A stretch of DNA of 46,986 bases from an uncultured delta proteobacterium (GTDB lineage Bacteria > Myxococcota_A > Polyangia > Fen-1088), in NCBI GenBank assembly GCA_963737265.1, contig CAVTRY010000001.1:1-46986 (forward strand). Reading direction: 5' to 3'. This document shows positions 18,797 to 28,887 of the stretch, piece after piece. The notes below the pieces were generated by a model, which was not told where the DNA came from, made no database searches, and saw only the letters and a list, made by a program, of their open reading frames with translations. How positions within the stretch are numbered: position 1 is the stretch's first letter; every line of letters begins with the position of its first letter. Made by a program: the position numbers and the translations under genes.

Positions 18797-20247
18797 AGGT
18801 CTCCAGGTCGTGGGGTGTGACATCGACGGCGTCGGCGGAAGCGTTGCCGGTGACAATGGGCTCGGGAGGCTCGCCGAGGCCGCGAGCGAAGCGACCCTGG
18901 TCGACGAGCGCGCGCACGTAGCGGGCGCCGAAGGTGCGAGCCGCGAGGGCTTTGGCCATGGCGTCGGCGACGTCGGCTTCGCTGTAACGGGCGACGAGCC
19001 GGTCGAGCTTTCGGACCTCGCTGTCGAGATTGATGCGTCGGCGGGCGATCTCGCTCAGATACAGGCGGCACTGGGGTGAGAGGCTCGCGATCCGGTCACG
19101 GCGCTTGGGACCGCGCGCACCGGGCCGCCGATCGAGCATGGCCTTGATGTGGTCGGGATGCTCGATGGCGCGCCGGCGATCCCAGCAGCGCGGATGCTCG
19201 GCGATGACGGTGTTGTCACACAGGACGCGGACGGTGGCGTCGCTGGCGCGGATCATGACGCTGCGACCGACGAAACGATGAGGTACCGAGTAGCTGTTGG
19301 TATCGAGGCGCACGCGAGCCTCCTTGGAGACGATGACCGGGGTGACCGAATCGGTATCGGCGGGGTGGTTGGGCAGAGGGCGCAGGCGCGCCCGCTCGAT
19401 GCGCAGCCGCTCGGCGGGCCGCTCGCGCGTGGTGGCATGCAGACGCTGGTTGGCTACGTCATCGCGCCACGCGGCGGCCTGGGCTCGCAGGTCCTCGATG
19501 GAGGTGAAAGAGCGGCCGTAGAAGAAGGCGTGGCGGATGTACTTGATGATGGCCTCGGCGCGGCCCTTGGCCTCGGGGTAGCGGACGGGCGCGGCGGTGG
19601 GCTCGAAGAGGTAGTGGCCGGCGAAGGCAAGAAACGTAGGGTTGAATTGCACCGTCGAGCCGATGTGGTGCAGCACGACGCTTTTGAGGTTGTCGTAGAG
19701 GACCTTGCGCGGAACGCCTCCGAAGAAGTCGAAGGCGCGCTGGTGCATCCGGCAGAAGGTCTCCATGCGCTGGTCGAGCGAGAAGTCGAGAAAGAGCGCG
19801 CGCGACCAGGACAGGACCATGACGAAGACGCTGAGCGGCCTCTGGGTGGCGCCGATGCGCATGTGCCCGAAACGAGCCCCAATCGACCTGCGCCTGCTCG
19901 GCAGGCTCGACCTCGACGCGCAGATACGCCTTGCGCAATCGTGGTCCGCGAAGGTGAGCGATGTAGCGACGGAGCACGGCAATGCCGTGCTCGAAGCCGC
20001 GCTCGCGAAGCTCGGCGAAAAGCCGCGTGGCCGTCAGCTCCGGGTATTTCTCCAGTCGCTCGACCAGGTAGGGCTTGAAGGGATCGACGGCACTTACGGC
20101 GGGCAGCGGCCTGGGCTCGGCCACCTCGTAGACCGCACGGCGGACGACCGAGTGGTGGACGCCAAAGCGCCTCGCGACCGTGCCGATGCGCCAGTGCTCG
20201 CCGAGCACCAGGCGCCTCATCTCGGCGCGCACCGTCGCGCTGATCAT
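18690..20247 (-). CDS. istA: IS21 DDE transposase IstA (frameshift near 19872)
   Basis: HTH N-terminus, QAQVDWG, FFGGVPRKVLYDNLKSVV, PEAKGRAE, ANQRLHATT, LDTNSYSVP. Confidence 0.9.
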
Positions 20248-20615
20248 CGCTGCCCCGTGGCGTTGAAAGTGATCAGCTTGCGGCCCGAAGCGAAGCTGCC
20301 CATCGGGTCGAGAAAGCGTCGTCGGCGTGCGAGCTGGCGCGCCTCGGAGCGCGTGGCCCAGACCACCGAGACCTCAAAGCTCCGCAGGTCCCCTACGAGC
20401 AGGGCCCAGCGCTCGGGATGCTGGCGGACGTCCGAGGCATCCGCATCGAGCACAGCGTGCAAGGGCAGCGCGTACCAGGTGCTCAAAGCCTCCAAGAGCG
20501 CGGGCACCGCCCTCTCGGAAGCCGGAGGGCATGGCAGCACGGCTTTGAGCGTGATGCCCTCGCGCGGCACCGTAAGCATGACCCGCACCTCCGAGCCCAC
20601 CGGCTCGATCGACAT
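20244..20615 (-). CDS. IS21-associated hypothetical protein
   Basis: MSIEPVGSEVRVMLT…LLEALSTWYALPLHAVLDAD; ATGA overlap with the istA start. Confidence 0.65.
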   Translation of the reverse strand: MSIEPVGSEVRVMLTVPREGITLKAVLPCPPASERAVPALLEALSTWYALPLHAVLDADASDVRQHPERWALLVGDLRSFEVSVVWATRSEARQLARRRRFLDPMGSFASGRKLITFNATGQR

Positions 20616-20976
20616 CCAAAGAGGCGAGCGCATCGACGAAAACCTCCACCCGAAAGCGCGGAGCGGGAGGGCCCCGAGCAGTCCCGAGCGTCACTACGCC
20701 AGCCTCTGCATCCCCGGAACGCACATGCGTCACGCCCTCTCGGCCGCGAAGCCGAGCGCGGTACTCACGCTGCCTGTCGCGGTGATCGGCTTGGCCCTCC
20801 GGACTCCCTTGGTGTTTGCGACCGGCAGCCCGCATCGACTCGCGTCGTGCCTCTTCCGAGCAACGCGAGGAGCAGTACGAGTACCGACGATCGCATGACC
20901 GACAGAGCAGAAACGGTCCATGACAACGCGGGCAAACCCGCTCTCGCAGATCCAACGGCGGCGTAGGCCGCCCCAA
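20374..20976 (-). CDS. IS21-associated Cys-rich (Zn-finger) basic protein; true end uncertain
   Basis: CPRC…LCRSCDRRYSYCSSRC…ARRESMRAAGRKHQGSPEGQADHRDRQREYRAR. Confidence 0.6.
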   Translation of the reverse strand: MGRPTPPLDLRERVCPRCHGPFLLCRSCDRRYSYCSSRCSEEARRESMRAAGRKHQGSPEGQADHRDRQREYRARLRGREGVTHVRSGDAEAGVVTLGTARGPPAPRFRVEVFVDALASLDVDRAGGLGGAGHAYGAARGHHAQSRAAMPSGFREGGARALGGFEHLVRAALARCARCGCLGRPPASRALGPARRGPAEL

Positions 20977-21488
20977 GAAGTGGACACCGCTCTCGCTCTC
21001 GTGCGATGCGAACGCGGAGATAACGTTGGGCGACTACGGCGTCGTCCTTGACGGCTCGGACCCTGAATCCGGGCCGTCTCCCTTTTGGGGGCGCAACTAC
21101 CCGGCTACGCTCACCCCGTCAGCACGGCCAAGAATCCGGGATCGCCGAAACCAGCGGATCGCCTCCCTGCCGCGCGATCGAAACGCCGCGCTTCTGGACG
21201 ATCGCTTCCAAGTCAGTCCTCGGGTTGATGCAGCGAGGCAGCGAGCTGGCCACTCGGAGCCCACACATGCTCGGAGGCGCACCGCACAACTCTCGGCCGG
21301 CATCGTTTTGCAGCCAGTGGAGCTAGGCGGAGCCGACAGCACTCGCTCGCGAGTCTCACTCAGCTTGGTCATGTGATCGTAAGACTGCGCTGCGCTTCGC
21401 CCCGAAGAGCGTCCTGCAGGTTTCCGTTTCCAGCGCCATAATCATTTCTCCGATACGCCCCACGGGCCCCACGGCCCCCACTGCCGTA

Positions 21489-22865
21489 TTGCGTTCCATG
21501 GCGGCGGTGCGACCATCGACCTTATTTGTCCCGCAGGAGAATGAAGAGATGACGACGAGATTCGTAATCGAAACGGCTATCGGTGAGGGCGGATTCGGAA
21601 AAGTCCGCAAGGGGCGCGATTCGACACTCGCACGGGACGTCGCAATCAAAACCCTGGATCCGCTGTGGGCGAAGGCAGACGATAAGGACAAGGAGCGATT
21701 TCGAAGAGAAGCGCGCACACTCGCAAGCCTCTCACACCCCAATATTCCTGCAATCTATGACGTCGAGTTCACCGAGACGGCGTTTCACATCATCTTCCAA
21801 TACATCGCAGGCGCTTCGATGCGCGAACTTATGCGTCAATCCAAGGCGCTGGCGCTCTCGGATACTCGCGTCTGGTTCGACCAGGTCGCGTCCGCGCTGG
21901 GCCACGCGCACGACGCCGGAGTAATTCACCGCGACGTCAAGCCGGAGAACATGGTCGTGACAGAAGACCAGCGGCACTGCTACCTAGTCGACTTCGGCAT
22001 CGCTATCTCGAAAGCCGATCGCAGCCGATTGACGACAGAGCACGGTGTTATCGGGACTCCCGGCTATATGTCCCCAGAACACGAGAACGGTGAAGACGTC
22101 GACGCCAGTGACGACATCTACGTGCTTGGAGTGTGTCTGTACGAAGCGCTCGCTGGCCATCGAATCGCCGCGGGTGCATACGAGGAGTTGACTGCCAAGA
22201 ACGAAGCGATCCCTCCCGCGATTGACGGCTTGATCTCAGAATGCATCGCGGCCAAAGGTCGGCGCGTCAAGTCGGCGGCGGACTTCAGGAAACGTCTCAC
22301 AGCAGCGTTCCGAATTGGCGCGCCTCTCTCTGCTATCCTGTCCGAGGGACAACTTTATCAGATCGCCGCCGCCATTCGGGAGATGTCTGCCGAAGACTTC
22401 ATGGCTCTGCCTGCAGGTCAGCGGTCACTAATCATCGTGAGAGCGAAAGATTTGCTTGAGGCCGGTGAGCATATGCAAGCGGCGCGAACCGAGTTTCTGT
22501 CGGTTCTTCCAGCACTTGCAATGTACATCGATCCGGATGAGTATAGGGAAATCGTCGACGCGGCGCTCGTTCACGGTTTCGAATACCAAGCGGATCCGAG
22601 ATGGATCGGAAACACTCACATTCGGGCATCGCTCGACGAGGCTGCGAAACGCGTCGGCTCAAGCAACCATCACGTGCTCGTGGAAGCGCTCCTCTATTGG
22701 GTCGACAAACAGGACATCGAGAATCGAGGGGCTTGGTTTTATCACGCTCTTCGAAATCTCATCAGCAGGATGATGGCCAACACAGCGTGTGCGGACTCCG
22801 ATGCTGCCACTCTATCGAACTTGCTCAAGCAGGTGAACCGTCTGCAGCGGGCGATTGGGGCGTGA
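21489..22865 (+). CDS. Hanks-type Ser/Thr protein kinase with an unknown helical C-terminal domain, no TM
   Basis: GEGGFGKV, VAIK, HRDVKPEN, DFG, GTPGYMSPE, DIYVLG. Confidence 0.92.
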   Translation: MRSMAAVRPSTLFVPQENEEMTTRFVIETAIGEGGFGKVRKGRDSTLARDVAIKTLDPLWAKADDKDKERFRREARTLASLSHPNIPAIYDVEFTETAFHIIFQYIAGASMRELMRQSKALALSDTRVWFDQVASALGHAHDAGVIHRDVKPENMVVTEDQRHCYLVDFGIAISKADRSRLTTEHGVIGTPGYMSPEHENGEDVDASDDIYVLGVCLYEALAGHRIAAGAYEELTAKNEAIPPAIDGLISECIAAKGRRVKSAADFRKRLTAAFRIGAPLSAILSEGQLYQIAAAIREMSAEDFMALPAGQRSLIIVRAKDLLEAGEHMQAARTEFLSVLPALAMYIDPDEYREIVDAALVHGFEYQADPRWIGNTHIRASLDEAAKRVGSSNHHVLVEALLYWVDKQDIENRGAWFYHALRNLISRMMANTACADSDAATLSNLLKQVNRLQRAIGA

Positions 22866-23071
22866 ACTCGCTGGAATATTTCATGCCCTCGTGAACTGCC
22901 CGGTCGCGACGATACGATGCAACGCTCCGCGTCTTAGGTTATCGACGAGATCGGCCTTGCTCGCTGCAGGTCGTCGGCGCCGTGCGCACGCAGGAGGGTT
23001 GCTTTGAGGCGGCCAGCGTAACGCCGGGACGAAATGACGCCGTCCCGGAAGTACGCTACAGGACCAGGGCA

Positions 23072-23756
23072 CTAAATCGGCTCGTCCGGAGGGTGATTTC
23101 CGCCCGTCGGAGTAGGATTTTGGGACACCGCCTCGGCGAGGGCGCGAGCCATCGTCGAGCGCGGAACTCGCATGATTCTCGCCACGTTACGAATGGAGTG
23201 GCCCTTCTCCCGCATCGCGACCGCGCGGGCCACCTCCGCGCTCTCCATGCGCTTCGGGCGACCCCAGTGACCGCCGTCCGCTTCGAGGCGTTCGCGCGCC
23301 GCCGCGATGCGCTCGCCGTCGCGAGCCGCTCCATCTTGGCCGACCAGGCCATGACGGCGACGATCACGCTCGGCATGGGGGCCGTTGAGGTCGAAGCCGT
23401 CCGCGACGCTCACGACCTCGACGCCGTTCGCGCGCAGCTCCTCGAGGGTCGTCAGGGTGTCGGCGATGCCGCTCCTCGTGAGCCGGTCTAGCCGGAAGAC
23501 GTAGAGGCGTCGGCCTCGTAGCTTTCCGGCTCTTCGCGTCGGTGAGGAGCCGCTGGAGCTCGTCTCTGGCCATGGTCCTCGCGCTGCGCTTCTCGGCGCG
23601 CCAGTCTCCGATGGCGTCGCCTCGTGCGCTTGCGGCGCGCTCGATCGCGCTCCGCTGCATGGCGTCGTCCTGGCTCCTGCTGCTGACGCGGACGTAGGCG
23701 GCGGCTTGGGTGAGACCTTGGCTTGCGGTCTTGCGGGTAGCGATGGCCGGGCTCAC
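23072..23756 (-). CDS. Small serine recombinase (resolvase/Pin-like) with C-terminal HTH; several frameshifts
   Basis: AYVRVSSRSQD, LYVFRLDRLTRSG, VAVMAWSAKMER, ERIAAAR…WGRP, HSIRNVARIMRVPRSTMARAL spread over three frames. Confidence 0.85.
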
Positions 23757-24451
23757 GACGTCGCTCCGTGGACGCCCGCACCGCGACCACCAAACGGATG
23801 TGGTTCACAAAGGTTTGACTGGGACGTCGGCTGTGAACAGTGTTGATCGAAGACGCTCCGAAGGGGCGTCGAGCGGGACGGCTCGAGACGACGCCAATCG
23901 TCTCGAAACCAACTCGAGCCCGCGTTGGAGTCGAACATGAAAACGCGTTCTCGAATCTTCCCGCTCGACGCCCCGTCGCAGCGCTCTCACCAAAAGTCGC
24001 CCTCGTCGCTGCCCAAACTGCGGCAAGGTCTGTATCGGCGGCGTCTGTTCGACGTCGTGCGGTGGACGCTCTGCCACCAGAAACCTCTTGAGGGCTGGTG
24101 CGATGACGATGGAGGTCGTCCTCGGAACGGCCATCATCCGCCGGATGATGGGCCGCTAGGTCTGCCCGGCAATTCTCATGGCTGCCCGGTAATTGATCGG
24201 GTTGCCTGCCGATTCGGTGGTTTTCGCTAATCACCGGGCAAAGCCGCCCACGCCCCTCAGGCTCAGAGGATGGGGGCATGAGCACTCATATCTGCACCCC
24301 TAGGACGGAGCGGCCCCTCTCTCAGACCAAGGGATCCATCTCTCTAGCTCAGGCCCTGACCGCTCACGCTCGCTGCCCGGCCGCAATGCGCTAAACGCAT
24401 GGATTCTATGATGAGAACGTCGCAGCTCTGGGGGCCAAGCGGTGGGCCGCC

Positions 24452-24479
24452 TTGACAAGGCCCCGCATGCTTATACATT
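24452..24479 (+). promoter_or_regulatory. rpsT sigma70 promoter
   Basis: TTGACA-16 bp-TACATT, 26 nt upstream of the ATG. Confidence 0.55.
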
Positions 24480-24505
24480 GCGCGTCCTTGCTCGGAACCT
24501 GATGA

Positions 24506-24776
24506 ATGGCCAACCACCCGTCTGCTGAAAAGCGAAATCGTCAGCGCGTCAAGCGCACCTTGCGTAACCGCGCCGTCCGAAGCGCCGTGCGCACCCACGT
24601 AAAGACCGTGCGCGAAGCGGTGGCCGCCAAAGACTTCAAGACCGCGCAGACTGCGCTCACCGCTGCCACCGTCGCCCTCGACACGGCGGCCGGCAAGGGC
24701 GCGCTACCGAAGAAGACAGCGTCGCGCACTGTGTCGCGCCTGGCTATCGGCGGTTCATCAGCTCCAGAAGGCCTGA
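24506..24776 (+). CDS. rpsT: 30S ribosomal protein S20 (one extra base near 24750 shifts the last codons)
   Basis: MANHPSAEKRNRQRVKRTLRNRAVRSAVRT…KGALPKKTASRTVSRLA; the corrected frame ends AVHQLQKA*. Confidence 0.95.
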
Positions 24777-24872
24777 GGCGAGCAGGTCGCCGCGGTCCCT
24801 GGCGCCTCTTCGGCCGGGACCGCGCTGGACAACGCGAGGCCCAGCGCAGGTAAGTACGCGGGTCACGTTCGA

Positions 24873-24945
24873 GTCCCCATCGTCTAGAGGCCCAGGACCG
24901 CGGCTTTTCACGTCGCTAACGCGGGTTCGACTCCCGCTGGGGACA
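24873..24945 (+). tRNA. tRNA-Glu(UUC), CCA not encoded
   Basis: Acceptor GTCCCCA/TGGGGAC, anticodon arm GCGGC-TTTTCAC-GTCGC, T arm GCGGG-TTCGACT-CCCGC. Confidence 0.95.
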
Positions 24946-25500
24946 CGTATTTATCGGGGGGTTTTTGCTGACCCCCTTCCCCCTCGAGAGCGAGCATCTG
25001 CGCGAGGGAGGCGGTGCCCTCCATTAGGAAGCGGGGCCCGTCCTCGGTCTCGACGGGAGTCGCGGTGAGCTTGCCGTCGAAGATGCGTTCGACGAGGGCC
25101 CGCGCGTTGGAAGGCTCCATGGCGGCGGCCGTCCGAAAGTCGGCGATGAGCTTCTTCGCCTCCTCCTCCATGCGCCGCACCTCGAAAGCGATGGTCTCGG
25201 GCGCCGCCTTGGTCGCATTGATGCGGGTATCGAGAGCAGTCAGCTCCTCGTGCCGCTCGTGCATGGCCGCGAGCAAGTGCCCGGCCTCCGCCTTCGGGGT
25301 CACGGCCATCAGGTCGACGATGTTGGCGATTTCCGCTCTCAGCTTCGCAGCTCGCCCTTCGAGCAGAGGCATGTCTGAGGTTACTTCTTTCGCCCGCTTG
25401 GCCAGCCGCGCCCGAACCTTCTTGAGAGCATCGAGAAGAAGCTCCTCGGTAAAAACATTGGCCTCGACCCATCGGAGAACCGCGTTGTTCGCCTCAGCAT
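24908..25500 (-). pseudogene. C-terminal remnant of a large serine recombinase (integrase) reading into the tRNA 3' half
   Basis: NNAVLRWVEANVFTEELLLDALKKVRARL, coiled coil, ARALVERIFDGKLTATPV…FLMEG, ending VSPAGVEPALAT* antisense to the tRNA; no catalytic N-terminus. Confidence 0.7.
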
Positions 25501-25791
25501 TCCCGTCAAGCCGCTACTTAGAGCGAGCTTTAGCGCGAAGCTTGCGTGACCCAGGAGCGTTTCACGTCTCTCAATCGCGAGCTTGAGCGCCGCGCAGTGG
25601 GCGACCGGGTCCAGGCCCGAACGCCCAGGCCCACCGGACGCCTCGACGAGTCGCTGCTCCGGACATCCTCATCGCAGTCGGCCGTCCGTCGCGGCCGTGA
25701 CGTGGTGCCGCGACGGCGGGTCGTCGGGGATGGGCGCGATCGGAGCGTTGCGGTGACCGCGCGCGGCGCTACACGAAGTCGGGACTCGACG

Positions 25792-26896
25792 ATGCCGCCG
25801 CGCTTGCCTCCACTGCGCTTGTGGTCAGCGACCTGTCTTGCGCTCGTTCTCGGGACTTTGGAGGTTGCAGCTCGCGCCGACGCCCCGCTGGAGCTCGAGT
25901 GGGTCGCACCCGCCGGATGCCCGAGTCGCGATGAGGTTGTGCATGAAGTCGAGCGACTGGTCGGCGTTCGCCTCCAGCGCGTGGCGCATCCCGCGACTCG
26001 TGTGCGCGTGCTTCTTTCGAAGGATCGGCAGGGATCGTGGCAAGGTGTCATCACGACGTTCGACGAGAATCCCCGGTGAGAGATCGCTCCGCGCTCAATC
26101 GTGCGCGGAGCTTGCCAGTGCAACGGCCCTCGTCCTCGCGCTCCGCGTGGACCCGTCGCTCGTCTCGAGTGGCGCACCGCAGGCTTCGTCAGCCGCATCG
26201 CCCTCGGTCGTCGCACCCAACGCGACCAGTGTGCCCGTTGCACCTGGGACGACCGCTGCGCCCGCGTCCCCGAACGACGCGAAGTCGGCTTCCGTCGCTG
26301 AGGGCGCCGGAGCAAAGCCAGCCGTCGCACCCGACTCTGCGGACTCGCGGCAGACTGCGCCTCTTCCCCCAGCGCACCCGCTCGTTGTAGGACTCTCGGC
26401 CCTCGGCGAGCTTGGCGATCTGCCTTCGCCCGAGGTGGGCGGGGAGGTCATCGCGGGCTGGACGCACGGAGGATGGCGCGTGGAGCTTCGCGCGGCGACC
26501 GGGGTTGTTCAGCACACCGATGTCGCCGGTCATAGCCACGCGGGCTGGTCGCGTCGCGCATTTTCGGGGGGAGGGCGGGTGTGCTACTCGGCCCCCCCTT
26601 CGTTCATCTCGGTGGCTGCGTGCGCGCTGGGGGAGGTGGACTGGCAGTGGGCGTCGTTTGACGAACGAGAAACACCAACAACCCTCGTGAGGCACCGGGA
26701 GGCGGACGCCGGATGGCCCGCGCTCGGGGGCGGCGCTCTCGCGGTTTGGCGCGTGGCCGAGAGCGTCGGCGTACGCGTGTCCGTCGACGCGGTCGTTCCG
26801 CTGACGCACCCCATTGGAACCCCACCGGGGTTCTTGTCCCAAGCGGGTGCGGTCGTGGGGCGAGCCGGCCTGGGGGTCGAGGTGCGTTTTTTTTGA
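25792..26896 (+). CDS. Exported protein with a Cys-pair N-domain and beta-barrel-like C-terminus (frameshift near 26075)
   Basis: Signal peptide, LEWVAPAGCP…RSLRAQSCAELASATALVLAL, terminal GLGVEVRFF. Confidence 0.65.
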
Positions 26897-26935
26897 CGGA
26901 AGGGCGGCCTCGCGGCCGCTATACCGGAAGCTATC

Positions 26936-27529
26936 GTGCTATTCGCATGGGCCGAAGCGCTGCGCACGCCGGCTCGCGTGCAGAGCCCCGTGGAACCTGC
27001 CTCCTTTCAGCAGGTCTATGACGCCTACGTCGACTACGTGTGGCGCACTGTAGGTCGACTCGGGGTGCGGGGAGACGCCGTGCAGGACGTTACCCAAGAG
27101 GTGTTTCTGGTCGTGCATCGCAAGCTCGCGGAGTTCGAGGGACGTGCCTCCGTCAAGACCTGGCTCTTTCAGATTGCGCGGCGCGTCGTTCGCGATCATC
27201 GCCGGACGAAACGGCGCCGAGACGAAGGCCACGCCGAAACGTCCATCGCGGACATCGACCAGCTTCCGGCCGATGACCAATCGGGCCCCGATGCCTCGGC
27301 GGCCAAGGCCGAAGCCGTGCGCGTACTCCACGAGGTGCTCGACTGCCTCGACGACGAAAAGCGAGAAGTGTTCATCTTGGCCGAGCTCGAACAATGGCCG
27401 GCGCCCGAGATTGCGCAGGCGCTTGGAATCAACGTGAACACTGCATATTCCCGCCTTCGCCTCGCGCGCGAAGCTTTCAACCTTGCACTCGTGCGGCATC
27501 GCCTGCGCGACGAATGGCGGGCGCCATGA
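26936..27529 (+). CDS. ECF sigma factor
   Basis: FQQVYDAYVDYVWR…DVTQEVFLVVHRKLAEFEGRASVKTWLFQIARRV…NTAYSRLRLAR. Confidence 0.92.
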   Translation: MLFAWAEALRTPARVQSPVEPASFQQVYDAYVDYVWRTVGRLGVRGDAVQDVTQEVFLVVHRKLAEFEGRASVKTWLFQIARRVVRDHRRTKRRRDEGHAETSIADIDQLPADDQSGPDASAAKAEAVRVLHEVLDCLDDEKREVFILAELEQWPAPEIAQALGINVNTAYSRLRLAREAFNLALVRHRLRDEWRAP

Positions 27530-28283
27530 CCGAGCTCGATCCCGAGGCGAAGCAACTGATCGAAGCCGCTCGAGGCGGTGAGGGCCCCAGCCCTCTGGCC
27601 CGATCGCGTTTGCGGGGCGCGCTGCTGGCTAGCGTCGCTCGGGAGTCGCGATTGGGTCGGCCACCGCGACGGCCACCGCGGGCGTGACAGGCAGCGGGAA
27701 TGCGACGCCCTCGGCCATCGTCGTCAAGATTGGCTTGGCCGCGATCGTTGCCGGGGGAATCGCTGCGGTCACTCTGACGCAGAGTCATGTGCGATTTCGC
27801 GCCGCGGAAGAGGCCACGGCTGCGGTCCGCTCCCCCTCGCCGGCCTCGATGCCGTCACTAGCCGCAGAGCCACCGCTCGCGAATTCGACCGCGCCCACGT
27901 TTCCGGAGATACCGACGTCGATGCCCGTCGCGCAGCCCGTGAAAAGGGCGAGCCCGGCGCCCTCGCCACGGCTCCACGGTCGCTCGGCCTCGGCCTGGTC
28001 GACCACGATCGAGGGCGAAACCCGTGCCCTGCGCGCTGCGATGGCGGACCTTCGTGACGGCCACGCGGATCGCGCACTCGCGTCGTTGGACGCGCAGATG
28101 GCGCGTTTCCCCAGCGGCGTGCTCGTCGAGGAACGCACCGAGGCGCGTATCATCGCGCTGTGCGCGCTGGGTCGTACGGAAGAGGCGCGCGGCGTGGCCG
28201 CGCATTTCTTGGCCGACTATCCGCGGTCGGTGCTCGCCGGCCGGGTGCGTGCGTCGTGCGGAGGCGCAACCACCGATCGATAG
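27526..28283 (+). CDS. Putative anti-sigma membrane protein with Pro-rich linker and C-terminal TPR-like domain (frameshift near 27650)
   Basis: ATGA-coupled to the sigma gene; TM KIGLAAIVAGGIAAV; ALASLDAQMARFPSGVLVEER…ALCALGR…FLADYPRS. Confidence 0.75.
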
Positions 28284-28530
28284 TTTGATGAGTCGCCGGG
28301 GTGGCGGCCACTTGATGAAAGGCCGCCCCCCTTTGCTTCAGCAAGGCCGGGTCTGGGCCGAATCGACGCTAACTCTTACGAGCCGGGTACAAGCCGGGCG
28401 CCTGCGCGGCGCTCTACGACACGTGCGTGAAAGACAGCGATTGTTGCGCCGTCTTCCAACGCGTTCGCTCCATCAACATGTTCCGCGCCCGGATCGCAGC
28501 CACCTCTAGGTAGGGTGAAAGGTTTCCAAG

Positions 28531-28887
28531 ATGAACGTTACTCGTTTGGCCTTGCATAGCGGTGCCGCGCGTTACGCTCGGTTGTTCTTGTGTTGCGGCG
28601 CTGCGTTTACGGTCGCATGTGGAAGCGGCGCCGGCACGCCGGGCGGCGCGGCTGCGGGGGACTCGAGTGCTACGGCCGGCACCGGAACGGTCGGCTGCGG
28701 CGCGAGCGGGGTCGGCGGCGGAGCCAGTGGCTTCAGTGGCGCATCGAATGGCTCGGGCACGTCGAACGGTTCGGGCACGTCGAGCGGCTCGTCGATCGTG
28801 GACGACATCGTGCGGGATGCGCGGGAGACGATTCGTTTGCTTGCGCGCGTGGGCCTCGGCAAAGCTCCCACCGAGTTAACCGATTAA
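28531..28887 (+). CDS. Gly/Ser-rich lipoprotein, probably cut by the second junction
   Basis: AAFTVA-C lipobox followed by GSG/SNGSGT repeats. Confidence 0.5.
   Translation: MNVTRLALHSGAARYARLFLCCGAAFTVACGSGAGTPGGAAAGDSSATAGTGTVGCGASGVGGGASGFSGASNGSGTSNGSGTSSGSSIVDDIVRDARETIRLLARVGLGKAPTELTD

Larger units (their letters stand above)
17857..21210 (-). mobile_element. IS21-family element with two accessory ORFs upstream of istA/istB
   Basis: 38-bp imperfect terminal IRs (33/38) starting TG and ending CA, including the perfect 21-mer AAGCGCGGCGTTTCGATCGCG at 17874-17894 / 21173-21193; no clear target duplication. Confidence 0.8.

Noticed and set aside
18500-19900. istA/istB frameshifts as programmed recoding
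   Set aside because: No slippery heptamer was seen, and similar indels affect rpsT and most neighbours
21456-21485. Three CCCCAC(G/T)G-like repeats before the kinase
   Set aside because: Too short and GC-rich to distinguish from chance
23805-24137. 110-aa minus-strand ORF upstream of the resolvase
   Set aside because: No motif or clear RBS; competing frames are equally plausible in an indel-rich region
24240-24440. Intergenic stretch with recurring CTCAG words as a possible ncRNA, riboswitch or res site
   Set aside because: No match to tRNA, SRP, 6S or riboswitch consensus that I can support, and no clear terminator
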